Positions 8,755 to 17,441 of a DNA stretch of 64,000 bases are shown here, piece by piece. The stretch is from Anaerolineae bacterium (GTDB lineage Bacteria; Chloroflexota; Anaerolineae; UBA1429). The notes under the pieces were generated by a model. It saw only the letters and a program-made list of their open reading frames with translations. It was not told where the DNA came from and searched no databases. The position numbers were made by a program, and so were the translations under genes. The stretch lies in NCBI GenBank assembly GCA_040767425.1, contig JAXGON010000006.1:54595-118594 (forward strand), given 5' to 3'. Numbering within the stretch: position 1 is the first letter of the stretch; each line of letters opens with the position of its first letter.

Positions 8755-9000
8755 TCACTCGGTGCCACCGCGACCCTGCTTGTACCGATAGACGATGCGC
8801 CCACGCGTGAGGTCATACGGCGAGAGCTCTACCCGCACGCGATCCCCCAGCAGGATGCGAATATAGTATTTGCGCATCTTGCCCGAGATGTACGCGAGCA
8901 CCTCGTGCCCGCTGTCCAGCTCGACACGGAACTGCGTGTTAGGCAGCGCCTCTACAATCGTACCTTCGACTTCGACCTTTTGCTTACTCGCCTTGACCAT
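8755..9000 (-). CDS. infA: translation initiation factor IF-1
   Basis: [42 protein letters not shown]; GAGGAG RBS. Confidence 0.97.
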   Translation of the reverse strand: MVKASKQKVEVEGTIVEALPNTQFRVELDSGHEVLAYISGKMRKYYIRILLGDRVRVELSPYDLTRGRIVYRYKQGRGGTE

Positions 9001-9075
9001 TATGCGGTGGGCTGCTCCTCTTATGTGCGTCCATGCCAACAGCCCCCATGCCGTGCCTGGCACGGGAACGCCGCT

Positions 9076-9104
9076 AGTATAACAGGGCCAGAGGGCAGAG
9101 TCAA
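9076..9104 (-). promoter_or_regulatory. infA promoter
   Basis: TTGACT-N17-TATACT with TG extension. Confidence 0.8.
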
Positions 9105-9122
9105 GGTAGAAAACAATGCACC

Positions 9123-9151
9123 TTGACAGTCTCCAGCCCTTGGTGCATAGT
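9123..9151 (+). promoter_or_regulatory. probable promoter of the oxidoreductase/isomerase pair
   Basis: TTGACA-N17-CATAGT. Confidence 0.5.
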
Positions 9152-9205
9152 CCGTGAGGAGGAGATGGGGAGCGCGCGCCCGCGGGGGCGCCTCGAGCAA
9201 CGGAG

Positions 9206-10291
9206 ATGACCATGCTGCATAGCTTTGCCTATCCGACCAGGCTCAAGGTGGGGTGCATCGGCGCTGGTCGGCACGCTTTTCGCGACATCCTGCCCTGCCT
9301 AAGGTACCTGCCCATCGAGCTGGTCGCCCTAGCCGACCATGACCGCGAGCAAGGCATCGCCACAGCGTCGCTTTTCGGGGCCAAGCGGTTCTACCCGAAC
9401 CACAAGGCGCTGCTGGCCAAAGAGACGGCACTGGATGCGGTGCTGATCGTGGTGGGGCCTAACGAGCGGGGGGAGCCCGCTTACCCTGAGCTGGCCGCCG
9501 ACGCCCTCAGGGCGGGGTTTCATGTGTGGATCGAAAGTCCCTCTTGTGCGAATAGGGATGACGTCAAGACGCTGACCAACGCCTCTATGCGGGGCCGCAA
9601 GTTCATCCAGACCAACCTGAATGGCATGTTTATGCCCGCCTACCTCAAGGTGGGCGCGATCATCGAGAACCCCTCCTTTGGCAAGCCCTCTAGCTTTGTA
9701 ATGCGTTATCCCGCGCTGCTGCCGCCCGAGGCCTTTGGCAAGCCCTGCAAGGATGTGGGCTCTCTGCTGAGCGTCGTTCGTCCCTATGCCACCCTGATGC
9801 GCTTGTTCGGCGAGCCACGCGGCATGATGGTGGCCACTAACCCGCTCACGGGCGATGCGTGCATCACCTTTGGGTACCGATCCGAGCTGGTGGGCACCCT
9901 GCACCTCTGTGGCAACCAAGGCATGGGCGGGGCGCGCGAGCGGCTCGAAGTGATCGGGCAGGGGGCGCACGTGGTAGTGGAGAACGCTACCCGCGTGACG
10001 TACCATCGCCCCAGCCGCATCGAGTCCGACCCCGATCATCTGGATGCGACCGACTATTACGGGGCCGAGGCCGAGGCGCCTGTGGTGTGGGAGCCGCAGC
10101 TCTCGCAAGCGGCCGCCTACAACCAGCACTTGGTGATCCAGGGGTATCTGGGCAGTCTGGAACATTTCGCAACGCGGCTCCTGAGCAACGAGCCGCCGAA
10201 ATACGGCAATGTGGTGGACCTGCTGCATATCATGCTGGTCCTGCAAAAGATCCAAGAGGGTGAGCAGCGAACCTGGCTTAACCTCTACTAG
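9206..10291 (+). CDS. Gfo/Idh/MocA family oxidoreductase
   Basis: [10 protein letters not shown] Rossmann start; GFHVWIESP (EKP-like). Confidence 0.85.
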   Translation: MTMLHSFAYPTRLKVGCIGAGRHAFRDILPCLRYLPIELVALADHDREQGIATASLFGAKRFYPNHKALLAKETALDAVLIVVGPNERGEPAYPELAADALRAGFHVWIESPSCANRDDVKTLTNASMRGRKFIQTNLNGMFMPAYLKVGAIIENPSFGKPSSFVMRYPALLPPEAFGKPCKDVGSLLSVVRPYATLMRLFGEPRGMMVATNPLTGDACITFGYRSELVGTLHLCGNQGMGGARERLEVIGQGAHVVVENATRVTYHRPSRIESDPDHLDATDYYGAEAEAPVVWEPQLSQAAAYNQHLVIQGYLGSLEHFATRLLSNEPPKYGNVVDLLHIMLVLQKIQEGEQRTWLNLY

Positions 10292-10318
10292 TGCCCTGAG
10301 GGGGTTGGAAGGAGCGTT

Positions 10319-11104
10319 GTGACGCAACCCATTCCCATTGGCGTGTGCACGTGCCCGGAGGCGGTTCGAGCCTTGGCCCCCGGCTATGACCATGTGGAGC
10401 TCTCGGCGGCGGCCGTGTTGGCTGGCGACGATCCTGCCAGTGACGCCGTTGACCTCGCCGCGCTGCACGCCCTCTCACCGTCCATCCGAGCGTTCAATTG
10501 CTTTTATCCCGGAAGCATCCGTCTCGTGGGGCCGGATGTGTCGCAAGAGCAGGTGGCAGCCTATGCCGCGACCACCATCGCGCGCGCGGCGGCGGTGGGC
10601 GCCGAGCTGATCGTGTTTGGCAGCGGCGGGTCGCGACGGGTTCCCGAGGGATTCGCGCGATCAGAGGCATGGGATCAGCTGGTCTGGTTTTTGCAGACGT
10701 GCGCCGATTACGCTGGCGAGCATGGCCTTCTGATCGCCATCGAGCCGCTGAACGCCGGCGAGTGCAACATCCTGAACAGCTACCGCGAGGGCGTCGAGAT
10801 GGCGCGCGAGGTCGCTCGCCCCGACGCCATCAAGGTGCTGGCCGATACCTGGCACATGGCCGTGGAGGAGGAGCCGCTGGAGGCCATTCTGGAGGCTCCC
10901 GAGTGGCTGGCGCATGTGCACCTCGCCGATAGCCCCGGCCGTGGGTATCCTGGCTCTGGCGCGTTTCCCTTTGATCGGCTGTTCGCCATCCTGCACGAGC
11001 TCGGGTATGCCGGGCGGGCCTCGATCGAGTGCCGGTGGCCTGATGATCTCACGGCCGCCTCGGCGGAGGCGCTGGCTTTTCTCAGGCCGCTAGCGGCGCG
11101 CTAG
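10319..11104 (+). CDS. sugar phosphate isomerase/epimerase (xylose isomerase-like TIM barrel)
   Basis: IEPLN, DTWH, HVHLAD and SIE metal-binding motifs. Confidence 0.9.
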   Translation: MTQPIPIGVCTCPEAVRALAPGYDHVELSAAAVLAGDDPASDAVDLAALHALSPSIRAFNCFYPGSIRLVGPDVSQEQVAAYAATTIARAAAVGAELIVFGSGGSRRVPEGFARSEAWDQLVWFLQTCADYAGEHGLLIAIEPLNAGECNILNSYREGVEMAREVARPDAIKVLADTWHMAVEEEPLEAILEAPEWLAHVHLADSPGRGYPGSGAFPFDRLFAILHELGYAGRASIECRWPDDLTAASAEALAFLRPLAAR

Positions 11105-11112
11105 AAGCCAAG

Positions 11113-11138
11113 AGGGGGCGCAACAGCGCCCCCCTTTT
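11113..11138 (+). terminator. intrinsic terminator
   Basis: GGGGGCGC-AACA-GCGCCCCC followed by CTTTT. Confidence 0.75.
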
Positions 11139-11153
11139 CGTGTTCGTGTGTCC

Positions 11154-12515
11154 TCAGCCCACTCCGGTGTGGGCAAGCTCATATCGCCCCTGCAGCCCCT
11201 TGACCGATGAGGGAGCCTGAGGAAAGTAGAGGCTCCCAAACATCCTCGCCAGACGTTGTGCCTCTTTCGGATGTAGGTCGATGAGGTTGTCGCGCTCATG
11301 GGGATCGTCCAGCAGATGGTAGAGCTCATCGGGCTGGCCCTCTGGTCGTCGGATGTAGCTCCAGGTGCCATCGCGCACGCAGCGGTCCTCAGCGCCGTGA
11401 TAGCCGGCGATGATGGCTTGCCGGTGCGTGTCGCCCCGGCCCAGCAAGAGGGGCAGTAGGCTCCTCCCCGGCAGAGCATCCAGGTTGTTCCCCATCCCCA
11501 CGATCTCCAGGAGGGTGGGGAGGATGTCGTGGAAAGAAGCCAGCGCCGTGGTACGTCGCCCGGCTCCTGTGCCGCCAGGGAGCTTGATCAGGCATGGGAC
11601 CTTGAGAAGCTCGTTGTAGAGGCGGTCAGGGCCCTTGAGGAACTTGCCGTGATCCGCCAGGGGGTGGCCGTGGTCTGCGATCAGGATGATCAACGCATCA
11701 TCGTACAGGTCGAGCGCCCGGAGCTGGTCTAGAAACCGCCCGATGTAGTGATCAACATAGGCGCATTCGCCGGCGTACAGGCCCCGGATGTAGGCGATCT
11801 CTTCCTCGCTAAAGTGGTCCGAGGCCATGCCACCGGGCGGCAGCACCAGCCGCTTGCCGCGGTAGGTAGGGTCGGTGTAGCGATCAAAGGCGGCCGGTGG
11901 CGTCCATGGCTCGTGTGGATCAAAGGAATCGAGCCACACGAACATGGGGGCTTGCCCGCGGTTGCGCTCGACCCAGGCGCTGGCCGTCTGGGTGAGGCGA
12001 GCGCAATAGTGGTCATCGGCCGTCTCGAACTCTTCTAGGTTCTTGAGCGCCGTCTCGACGATGCGCCGCCACTGAGGCGTATAGCTATCCTTGATATGGT
12101 CTTCCAGCTTGAGCTTGGAGAGTGGCGCGCTGCGGTAGGCATCGAACTCTTGGCCGCGGATCCACTCCCAGGTGCGAAAGCCGCGGTGCAGGTTCATGTC
12201 GGGCTTGAAATAGTGGTAACAATCGGTAAAGCAGGCGGTGAGATAGCCCTCCTGGGCCAGGATCTCGGGCAGAGAGCGGTCTTCCTTGGCGAGCGGCTGC
12301 CATGGGCGATGGACCAGGGTCTGCTCGCCCGTCAGCCAGCAGGTTCTGACGGGAATGGTGGGCAACCCCTCGGGGTAGCAGTTGTCCAGGGCAACGCTAT
12401 CGCGAGCTAGTGCGTCCAGGTTGGGCGTCTCGCATGGGGCCTGTGGGTTGTAAAAGCGCACATGATCCTGCCGAAAAGAGTCCAGAATCAGGAAAAAGAC
12501 GTTCGGAGCAACCAT
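11154..12515 (-). CDS. sulfatase-fold hydrolase (alkaline phosphatase superfamily) with TxPxR motif
   Basis: ILDSFRQD, TIPVRTCWLTG, FDPHEPW, ADHG and ELYHLLDDPHE motifs. Confidence 0.9.
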   Translation of the reverse strand: MVAPNVFFLILDSFRQDHVRFYNPQAPCETPNLDALARDSVALDNCYPEGLPTIPVRTCWLTGEQTLVHRPWQPLAKEDRSLPEILAQEGYLTACFTDCYHYFKPDMNLHRGFRTWEWIRGQEFDAYRSAPLSKLKLEDHIKDSYTPQWRRIVETALKNLEEFETADDHYCARLTQTASAWVERNRGQAPMFVWLDSFDPHEPWTPPAAFDRYTDPTYRGKRLVLPPGGMASDHFSEEEIAYIRGLYAGECAYVDHYIGRFLDQLRALDLYDDALIILIADHGHPLADHGKFLKGPDRLYNELLKVPCLIKLPGGTGAGRRTTALASFHDILPTLLEIVGMGNNLDALPGRSLLPLLLGRGDTHRQAIIAGYHGAEDRCVRDGTWSYIRRPEGQPDELYHLLDDPHERDNLIDLHPKEAQRLARMFGSLYFPQAPSSVKGLQGRYELAHTGVG

Positions 12516-12670
12516 GGGCAGAACCTCCTCTGGCGCGTGCCACCTCCCGATCGACCGTAACGCGATTCTAGCATGGCCTTTGGCCTGGCGTCCACCAGGC
12601 GCGAGCGCGCCCTGGACAGGACACCCGCGTGGCATAGAATGGCCTCAAGGCTCACGGCAAGGAGGCGGCC

Positions 12671-13747
12671 ATGGATCATACCCTGACTCCCCAGCGGATC
12701 ATCAACAGCGTGGCACCCATCCGCATCTGCGACAATGGCGGCTGGACCGACACCTGGTTCGCCGAGCGGGGACGCATCTTTAACATCGGTGTCTATCCCT
12801 ATGTCGAGGTTCAGATCCAGGTGTTTGCGCGAGCGGAGCGCGAGCATCGCGTGGTGCTGCATGCCGAGAACTTTGGCGACCGTTACGCCGTGATGCCCCG
12901 CCACGAAAAGCACGAATGGATCCACCATCCGCTGCTAGAGGCGGCCATCGACCATATGGGGGTTCCGGAGAATCTGGCGGTGCAGATCTCGATCTACTCG
13001 GAGGCGCCGGCTGGCTGCTCGACGGGAACGTCGGCCGCCGTGACGGTGGCTCTGGTGGGGGCGCTAGATCGCCTCACGCCAGGAGGGATGACGCCTTCCC
13101 AGGTAGCGTACACCGCTCACCATATCGAGACGCAGATGCTCCATCAACAGTCGGGCATCCAGGATCAGCTCTGCTCGGCCTTTGGGGGCGTGAACTATAT
13201 CGAGATGTACGCCTATCCGTACGCCTCAGTCTCGCCCATCTTTGTCTCCAACAGCGTCTGGTGGGAGCTTGAGCGTCGCTTGGCGCTGATCTTTTTGGGG
13301 AGGTCTCACAGCTCCAGCCAGGTCCATGAGATGGTCATCCGTGACCTGGAGGATGCCGGCCCCGACAACCCCAAGCTGGAGGCGTTGCGGCAGTGCGCGG
13401 ATCGATCACGCGACGCCCTGTATGCTGGGGATCTCGACGCGCTAGGGCAGGCGATGGTCGCCAATACCGACGCGCAGCGCAACCTGCATCCGCAGCTCAT
13501 TAGCGGCGAGGCCGACCAGATCATTGCCATCGCGCGCGAGTACGGGGCTCTGGGCTGGAAGGTGAACGGCGCGGGGGGCGAGGGCGGATCAATCACGTTG
13601 CTCTCGGGTGCCCTCATGAGCCAGAAGCGAGCGATGCTGCGGGCCATCGAGGAGACGAATCCGCTGTTTCAGCCGATCCCCATCTACCTGAGCAGGTTTG
13701 GCCTGCGGGTATGGAGCCGACAACCGGACAACTGTCACTCAGAGTAA
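12671..13747 (+). CDS. GHMP-family sugar kinase (HddA/fucokinase-like)
   Basis: APIRICDNGGWTD, PAGCSTGTSAA and KVNGAGGEGG motifs. Confidence 0.9.
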   Translation: MDHTLTPQRIINSVAPIRICDNGGWTDTWFAERGRIFNIGVYPYVEVQIQVFARAEREHRVVLHAENFGDRYAVMPRHEKHEWIHHPLLEAAIDHMGVPENLAVQISIYSEAPAGCSTGTSAAVTVALVGALDRLTPGGMTPSQVAYTAHHIETQMLHQQSGIQDQLCSAFGGVNYIEMYAYPYASVSPIFVSNSVWWELERRLALIFLGRSHSSSQVHEMVIRDLEDAGPDNPKLEALRQCADRSRDALYAGDLDALGQAMVANTDAQRNLHPQLISGEADQIIAIAREYGALGWKVNGAGGEGGSITLLSGALMSQKRAMLRAIEETNPLFQPIPIYLSRFGLRVWSRQPDNCHSE

Positions 13748-13771
13748 AGCCCTGGGGGATGCCCAGGGCTT
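13747..13771. terminator. bidirectional hairpin terminator
   Basis: AAGCCCTGGG-GGATG-CCCAGGGCTT between convergent genes. Confidence 0.7.
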
Positions 13772-13798
13772 GCGGGGTCTCGGGTTGTACGGCCAGAC

Positions 13799-14941
13799 TT
13801 AGCGGTGGAAATGGTCCGTCTCGCGGCGGTCAGGGCCGTCGACCTCCTTGGGCTTGGACTCTTCCACACGCTCGGCCAAGAAGGCGTCATAGCGAGCACG
13901 GTCTACGGGTATGCTGACGGGCTCACCCAGATGGCCCGAGAGGATCATGGCATTGATCAGCTCAACCGAGTTGATCCCCTCGACGCCGGGCGTCAATAGC
14001 TCATCGCCGCGCAAGAGGTGGTTGGCCATATTGCGGAGCACGGCGACGTGACCGCTGTCGCATTCGGGCAGCTCGATCTCGACCTCGTGAGCGGGCGGCG
14101 CGCCCCACATCTGGTCCGTCGAGTCGCTCCAGGCGCGCACTCCATCGGGGATCTCCCAGAAGGTGAGCTGGGAGCCCAGCACTCGCAGCTTGCCATGTTC
14201 GCCGGATAGTTCCATCAAGTTGGTGCCGGGCGCTTCGGTGGTGGAGCAGTAGATATAGCCTGTGGCGCCATTGGGGTAAGTGAGAATGGCCGAGGCGACG
14301 TCCTCCACCTCGATCTGGTGCATCTTGGTGGCGGTGTAGGCGGTGACCTTGTCGGGGAGGCCGCCCAGCCAGGTGAAGCGATCCAGGGAGTGGGGCGCCT
14401 GGTTCATCAGAACCCCGCCGCCCTCGCCCGCCCAGGTGGCGCGCCAGCCGGCCGAGTTATAGTAGGCCTGGCTGCGGAAATCCGCATAGACGAGCATGGT
14501 GCGATAGATCTCGCCCAGGCGGCCGCTCTTGACCAGCTCATGGGCTGCTCGCCACACGGGCTCGGTGCGGCTCTGATACATGACCGCAAAGGGCGTGCCG
14601 GTGCGCTTGGCCGCAGCCACCATGGCATCGGCTGCCGAGACGGTGACGGCGATGGGCTTTTCCGAGATGACCGGCTTGCCCTGTTCCATGGCATAGATGG
14701 CGATCTCGGGGTGGAAATAGTGCGGCGTCGCCACAACGACGACGTCCACGTCCGGGCGATCGATCAGTTCCTGGTAGGCGGTGCAGAACGGCACGCCGAA
14801 TTCTTCGCCAACGGCGTTGGCGACGTCGGGGACGATATCACAGACGGCGGTGAGCACGCCCTCGGGCATCCCCTGAAGGGTGCGCGCGTGTCCGGTTCCC
14901 ATCCCACCGGTGCCGACGATGCCAAAGCGTACCTGATCCAT
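13799..14941 (-). CDS. Gfo/Idh/MocA family oxidoreductase
   Basis: GIVGTGGMG, ATPHYFH, SEKPI and GGGVLMNQAPHSLD motifs. Confidence 0.95.
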   Translation of the reverse strand: MDQVRFGIVGTGGMGTGHARTLQGMPEGVLTAVCDIVPDVANAVGEEFGVPFCTAYQELIDRPDVDVVVVATPHYFHPEIAIYAMEQGKPVISEKPIAVTVSAADAMVAAAKRTGTPFAVMYQSRTEPVWRAAHELVKSGRLGEIYRTMLVYADFRSQAYYNSAGWRATWAGEGGGVLMNQAPHSLDRFTWLGGLPDKVTAYTATKMHQIEVEDVASAILTYPNGATGYIYCSTTEAPGTNLMELSGEHGKLRVLGSQLTFWEIPDGVRAWSDSTDQMWGAPPAHEVEIELPECDSGHVAVLRNMANHLLRGDELLTPGVEGINSVELINAMILSGHLGEPVSIPVDRARYDAFLAERVEESKPKEVDGPDRRETDHFHR

Positions 14942-14983
14942 GAGGTGTCCCCCTTTGTAGCACATAGGTCGATCCACGAGGGC

Positions 14984-15011
14984 ATTATAGCGCCCGGCCT
15001 GGCCCAGGCAA
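14984..15011 (-). promoter_or_regulatory. sigma70-type promoter
   Basis: TTGCCT-N16-TATAAT. Confidence 0.55.
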
Positions 15012-15081
15012 CCCCGCGGGGAGACTCGGCCTGGAGGAGCCGCACCCGATCCCGCCGTGGATCGCCGCTTGAGAACAGGAG

Positions 15082-16380
15082 GTGATGATGAACCTTCAAG
15101 TAGCCAGCGCACTGGAGAGCTCTCTCCGACGAGGCACCATCGCCGGCGTCTCGGATGCCTTGGGCGCGGGTAGCTTTCTGATGCCTAGCTATGGCGGGTG
15201 CTCTCTGGCTAACGTGCCGGCGACGGCGGCCGGGCTGTTAGGGGTGTCGACGCCTGGCGTGCAGCCGCCCGCAGCCCCCTACTACTGGGAGCATCTAGGG
15301 GCTCCGGTGCGCCGAGTGGTGTTGGTGCTGGTGGACGCTCTCGGCTATCTCTACTTGCGGCCGATGCTGGACGACAGCCGCGCGGGTATCTGGCGCCAAC
15401 TGGCCGACAGGGGTGTGTTTCTGCCGATGACCGCCATCTGTCCCAGCACGACGATCACCTCACTGGCTACCCTGATGACGGGCGCCTCGCCCGCCCAGCA
15501 CGGCCTACTGGGCTATGAGCTCTGGCTGCGAGAGCTGGGCGTGTTGGCGGAGATGCTCTCGCTCAAACCGGTCTATGGGGCGGGCCACGATACGCTGGTG
15601 TCATGGGGCCTGGACCCCGCGCGATTGCTGCCGGTCCCAACGTTAGCCGAGCGCCTGGCGGCCGAGGGCGTGGCGACCGTAGGGCTGGTGGCTGGCGCGC
15701 ATCTTGACAGCCCGCTGAGCCAAGCCCTCTACCGCGGTACGGGGCGCTTGATGGGGTACGACGAGGTGGGAGGTCTATGGAGACAGCTCGCGACCCTGTT
15801 GGAGACGCCACCAACGTGCCCCGAGCTGATCATGGCCTACTGGGGTGGCCTTGACACCTCGATCCACCTCCATGGAACCAGAGACGGCGCCTGGCAGGCG
15901 GCCTGGGCCGCCTTTACCCAGGCGATGACAAAAGGGCTGGAGACGCTTTCCAGCCGTGCGCGGGAGGATACCGCCCTGATCATCTTGGCGGATCATGGCT
16001 TTGTGGACTCGCCCGAGGATGCCGCCCACGATCTGGACAGCGAAGGCAGCCTGCGCTCCGCTTGCTTGGTGCCGCCGTCGGGCGAGGCGCGGTTGGCCTT
16101 TTTGCATGCCATGGGTGCCGAGGGGGCGGTGCAGCTGCGCCGCCTGCTGGAGGCCGATTTCGCCATGCTGGATGCGCCCGTCGCCCTCAGGGCGGGTCTC
16201 TTTGGCCCTGGGAGCCCCGCTGACGAGACGCCAGCGCGATTGGGGGATCTCTTGGCGATTGCGCGCGCCGATCACTATCTGGATCGGCTCGAACGGCGCA
16301 AGCGCCTGCGCGGCAGGCATGGTGGCCTTAGCCCCGAGGAGATGCTGATCCCGTGGCTGGCCGTCAGGTTGGACGCCTAG
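15082..16380 (+). CDS. alkaline phosphatase family phosphodiesterase (NPP/PglZ-like)
   Basis: LVDALG, CPSTTITSLATLMTG (Thr nucleophile), DTSIH, ADHG and HGGLSPEEM motifs. Confidence 0.88.
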   Translation: MMMNLQVASALESSLRRGTIAGVSDALGAGSFLMPSYGGCSLANVPATAAGLLGVSTPGVQPPAAPYYWEHLGAPVRRVVLVLVDALGYLYLRPMLDDSRAGIWRQLADRGVFLPMTAICPSTTITSLATLMTGASPAQHGLLGYELWLRELGVLAEMLSLKPVYGAGHDTLVSWGLDPARLLPVPTLAERLAAEGVATVGLVAGAHLDSPLSQALYRGTGRLMGYDEVGGLWRQLATLLETPPTCPELIMAYWGGLDTSIHLHGTRDGAWQAAWAAFTQAMTKGLETLSSRAREDTALIILADHGFVDSPEDAAHDLDSEGSLRSACLVPPSGEARLAFLHAMGAEGAVQLRRLLEADFAMLDAPVALRAGLFGPGSPADETPARLGDLLAIARADHYLDRLERRKRLRGRHGGLSPEEMLIPWLAVRLDA

Positions 16381-17441
16381 TCTGGCTGCGCTCGCCGCCC
16401 GATCACGGCAAGGCCGTTCTGCGGCAGGGCTTGCTGGATGGCGTCCACCTCCTCGGCAGAGAGGAACCCGTCCAGGAGCAGCGGCTTGTGGTCGAGCATC
16501 TTGGCAAAGGTGGGCAACAATTCGCGCCAATGCGGGGCGCTGGGCGGCGGATCCAACGACACCTGCAGGGCGGTGGGATAGGGTCCTTGCAGCAGCGTGT
16601 CGATCACGTGGAGCGATCCCGAATGCAGGTGCATGATGCTGTACTGGGCCACCTGGGCGGTGCGCAGATCCCACGGGGCCAGGCGATCGGCGTACAACCT
16701 GGACGAGGTGAGGGCAGAGGCATCGCATTGGGTGCGGACGGTGGTTCCTGGCGCCCAGATGCCGTACCAGTTCACCGAACCCCCGGCCAGGCGCGGGATG
16801 AGCGCTGCCTGCTTGCGCCATACCTCCTCAAAGAGCTCCGTGGTGTAGGCCAGCAGGGCCGAGAGCTCCTCGGGCTGATCATAGATGGCCAGGCACAACC
16901 GTTCGGCGCCCACCATCGCTTCGGCGATGTCGGCGGGGCCACGCATCAGCGTGTGGGCCACCGCCTCTCCTTCCGGGGCTGCCGCCACCATGCGCCGAAT
17001 GAGGTCGAGCAGCGCGTCTAGCCAGCCGTTCTGGCGCCACTCGGGTAGGCGTTCCAGGTCGCTCCAGTCGGAGAGCAGGGGGCGCGTGCGCATGGATCCG
17101 GCCCGGATCAGGGCGCGAATCTGGCAGCCCGCGATGGCCTCCATCCAAGGCAAACGGATGTAGGGGAGACGGGCTGGCACCAGATCACCACCGGTGGCGG
17201 TTGCCAGGCTGTCGCGGGGTGGATCTGCCAACCTGTCCAGGTCCAGCGACTCGGGCGTCAGGTCGATGTCCGCCTGAGCGAGGGAGCCGTCGGCCAGCGG
17301 CAACCAGAGGCTGGCCAGCTCGGGCTCGTAGGGGCGGGCGAACAGGCGGGCTCGGCCCTCCCACCATGCGGCGTGTTGCGCCAGGAGCTCAGGCCGATAG
17401 GGCGCTGCCGACTTTTGGGCGGACGACACGGGCTCCATCAT
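16377..17441 (-). CDS. UroD/MtaA-like TIM-barrel protein, function unknown
   Basis: RGPADIAEAMVG, LAIYDQPEE, QCDASAL and MHLH layout typical of the UroD/methyltransferase superfamily. Confidence 0.7.
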   Translation of the reverse strand: MMEPVSSAQKSAAPYRPELLAQHAAWWEGRARLFARPYEPELASLWLPLADGSLAQADIDLTPESLDLDRLADPPRDSLATATGGDLVPARLPYIRLPWMEAIAGCQIRALIRAGSMRTRPLLSDWSDLERLPEWRQNGWLDALLDLIRRMVAAAPEGEAVAHTLMRGPADIAEAMVGAERLCLAIYDQPEELSALLAYTTELFEEVWRKQAALIPRLAGGSVNWYGIWAPGTTVRTQCDASALTSSRLYADRLAPWDLRTAQVAQYSIMHLHSGSLHVIDTLLQGPYPTALQVSLDPPPSAPHWRELLPTFAKMLDHKPLLLDGFLSAEEVDAIQQALPQNGLAVIGRRAQPD

